A stretch of 64,000 bases of DNA from Candidatus Bathyarchaeota archaeon (GTDB taxonomy: Archaea; Thermoproteota; Bathyarchaeia; Bathyarchaeales; Bathycorpusculaceae). A program made the position numbers and the translations under genes. The notes beneath the pieces were generated by a model. That model was not told the origin of the DNA. It saw only the letters and a program-made list of their open reading frames with translations, and did not search any database. Location: NCBI GenBank assembly GCA_963815095.1, contig CAWFFH010000001.1, positions 64,001 through 128,000 on the forward strand, given 5' to 3'. This document shows, piece by piece, positions 62,230-64,000 of the stretch. The first letter of the stretch is position 1; each line of letters starts with the position of its first letter.

Positions 62230-62934
62230 ATGGTTGATATAATTGATACATTTAATTCGGCTGGAACCTTCAAAAGGTTTGTTTCAGCAGTTCAAGCAGC
62301 AGACCTAGTTGATACGCTCAGAGATGGCTTTTTCACGGTTTTTGCACCCGATGATCAAGCTTTCGCGAACCTTCCAGAAGGCACGATTGAAGGTCTTCTA
62401 AAAGATACGCCAAAGTTGACGGCAGTGTTAATGTATCATATGGTAGCAGGAAAACTTACAATTGACAAAATAAGCAAATTAGATTCAGCCAAAACACTTC
62501 AAGGTCAAGAAATCAAAATTAACGCTCGCAAATGGCATCTTCACGTTCCCCCAAAAATCAACGACGCAAACATAACAAACACTGACATCCTATCCGACAA
62601 CGGGGTAATTCATGTTTTAGATAGAGTTCTTATGCCAGATATGGCGCTAACTTGCATGGTGTGTGGGATGGGCTTTATGACAATGGAAGCTTTGAATAAT
62701 CATACCAAAGTGATTCATATGGCAAAGAAAATGTCTGAGCCAAATCCGCCTGTTGAGATTGTGCGCACCGTTGAAAAAGCCACGGCACCAATGCCAATCA
62801 CTCGGGAGGTTCCTTTGAGGGGAATAGAGCCTAATCAGATTCTTTGTCCATTCTGCTCTAAACCATTTAAAACTCGTCATGAAATGGATCGGCATATGGA
62901 CGCTTCACATCATGAATCAAAAGGACACGAGTAA
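62230..62934 (+). CDS. Fasciclin domain protein with two C2H2 zinc fingers
   Basis: FTVFAPDDQAF, NGVIHVLDRVLMP; CMVC..F.....L..H...H and CPFC..PF.....M..H...H. Confidence 0.85.
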   Translation: MVDIIDTFNSAGTFKRFVSAVQAADLVDTLRDGFFTVFAPDDQAFANLPEGTIEGLLKDTPKLTAVLMYHMVAGKLTIDKISKLDSAKTLQGQEIKINARKWHLHVPPKINDANITNTDILSDNGVIHVLDRVLMPDMALTCMVCGMGFMTMEALNNHTKVIHMAKKMSEPNPPVEIVRTVEKATAPMPITREVPLRGIEPNQILCPFCSKPFKTRHEMDRHMDASHHESKGHE

Positions 62935-62961
62935 ACTAACGAATTCGTAGGAGATGATTGG

Positions 62962-63093
62962 GTGAGTAAGAAAGGAGAAACAGGAGAACAAGATCGGGGA
63001 AAACCTCAACCTCGAAAAAAGAAAGATCGAGACGTTGCTCGCAAGCAGAAGAAACTAGGCAGGCTTGAAAGACAGCAATCGAGACAGGAATAA
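62962..63093 (+). CDS. Small highly basic protein (43 aa)
   Basis: GTG start after AGGAGATGA; MSKKGETGEQDRGKPQPRKKKDRDVARKQKKLGRLERQQSRQE followed by TAATAA. Confidence 0.5.
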   Translation: MSKKGETGEQDRGKPQPRKKKDRDVARKQKKLGRLERQQSRQE

Positions 63094-63181
63094 TAAAATC
63101 CCTCTGCTTTTAGCCGTGATTCGAATAACCCCAAGAAAAGTATCTATTTTTTCTTGTTTCAGACAAGATCTGGCACGCTGA

Positions 63182-63829
63182 TTATTTGTCGTCTAGTTCT
63201 GGAATTTGTTGCATAAGCATATCCCAGCCTTCTGCAACAGCAGATTTTATGAGTGGCCTGACGCCCGCGAACACTTGCGGGGGCATAAACATCTTCCAAC
63301 CCCTTGTAACCGTCACTTGGTCGTTGAGGTTAAGCAGGGGAAATAACCACGCAATTGCCGCAGGAAAACGGTTAGGCGGAATTTTACTAGACATAATTCC
63401 ACCGATAGTGACTTGTTGGTTCACGGTTGTTTTCTCTCTTAGAATCGGGTAGAGGTGGGCGTCTTCTTTGTCTAAATGAATCTTTAAATGCGAATTTAGA
63501 ACCGCCGTGGCTCTGGTTGCCATTAGTTGGTCAGGTGATTTTTGCTGCCTCATCGTTTCCAGTGATTCGACCATTTTGTCGAGTTCTCGATGATCCATCA
63601 GGTACGCTCGAGCTACGAGTGGTGCGACGTCGTCGACTGCGGGAAAAACTGCTGCTTCCTCGCCCCTTGCATGGTAATCCAGGATTTCATTCATGGAATG
63701 TAGCCGATCCAAAACAGGTAATAGGTTCCCGTTGCTACGTGTAATGTCTAAGACTGAAGAATCGATTTCGAAAATATCTCGGCGGAATGCATTATGAAAA
63801 CACAGAACTACATCCATAGGACTTGACAA
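63182..63829 (-). CDS. Hemerythrin (HHE) domain protein
   Basis: FHNAFRRD, HARGEEAAVFP, DH, HLDKEDAHLYP. Confidence 0.88.
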   Translation of the reverse strand: MSSPMDVVLCFHNAFRRDIFEIDSSVLDITRSNGNLLPVLDRLHSMNEILDYHARGEEAAVFPAVDDVAPLVARAYLMDHRELDKMVESLETMRQQKSPDQLMATRATAVLNSHLKIHLDKEDAHLYPILREKTTVNQQVTIGGIMSSKIPPNRFPAAIAWLFPLLNLNDQVTVTRGWKMFMPPQVFAGVRPLIKSAVAEGWDMLMQQIPELDDK

Positions 63830-64000
63830 CTAAAAGACTCCATTATGGATAAACGCAGATGGGGTTATTAATATTCCTAATGCGGGTTTGATTTGTTGAT
63901 AGTAAGGTTATTAGTAATCTAAAACACTTATCCTTGTAGTGGTGGCTTTATGGCAAGAAAAAAACTCAGCAAAAAAAATCAAACCTCAAAAGCTGAAGGT

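Noticed and set aside
1-64000. CRISPR array, rRNA, transposase or integrase
   Set aside because: No regularly spaced repeats, rRNA signatures, or DDE/tyrosine-recombinase motifs were seen.

Overview
Archaeal chromosomal window, most consistent with Bathyarchaeia (inference from aIF-1A/RIO1/Dim2, aIF-2beta/DUF424, archaeal DnaG, PolB3, COG1340-DUF373-uppS, frequent TTG/GTG starts and GGTGA-type ribosome-binding sites). It is mostly housekeeping, transport and redox/metal-stress genes, plus tRNA-Gly(GCC). Single-base frameshifts interrupt several essential genes (sdhA, polB, dnaG, uppS, aIF-2beta), which points to assembly indel errors rather than real pseudogenes. Best candidate for an undescribed system: a divergent locus at 10.9-15.5 kb. 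An orphan contractile tail-sheath gene (no tube, baseplate or capsid nearby) lies behind a winged-helix gene, back-to-back with a stand-alone nurA-herA pair, across a ~100-bp spacer packed with palindromes. Other notable items: a ~120-nt multi-stem ncRNA candidate between aspA and polB, a box C/D guide RNA candidate complementary to the tRNA-Leu(CAA) anticodon, dnaG apparently starting at ACG behind a leader hairpin, a PolB with degenerate proofreading motifs, an anchor-less sdhAB-aspA operon, a MinD/ParA-wHTH cluster, and a fasciclin-C2H2 zinc-finger fusion. All calls come from reading motifs by eye; no searches were run.
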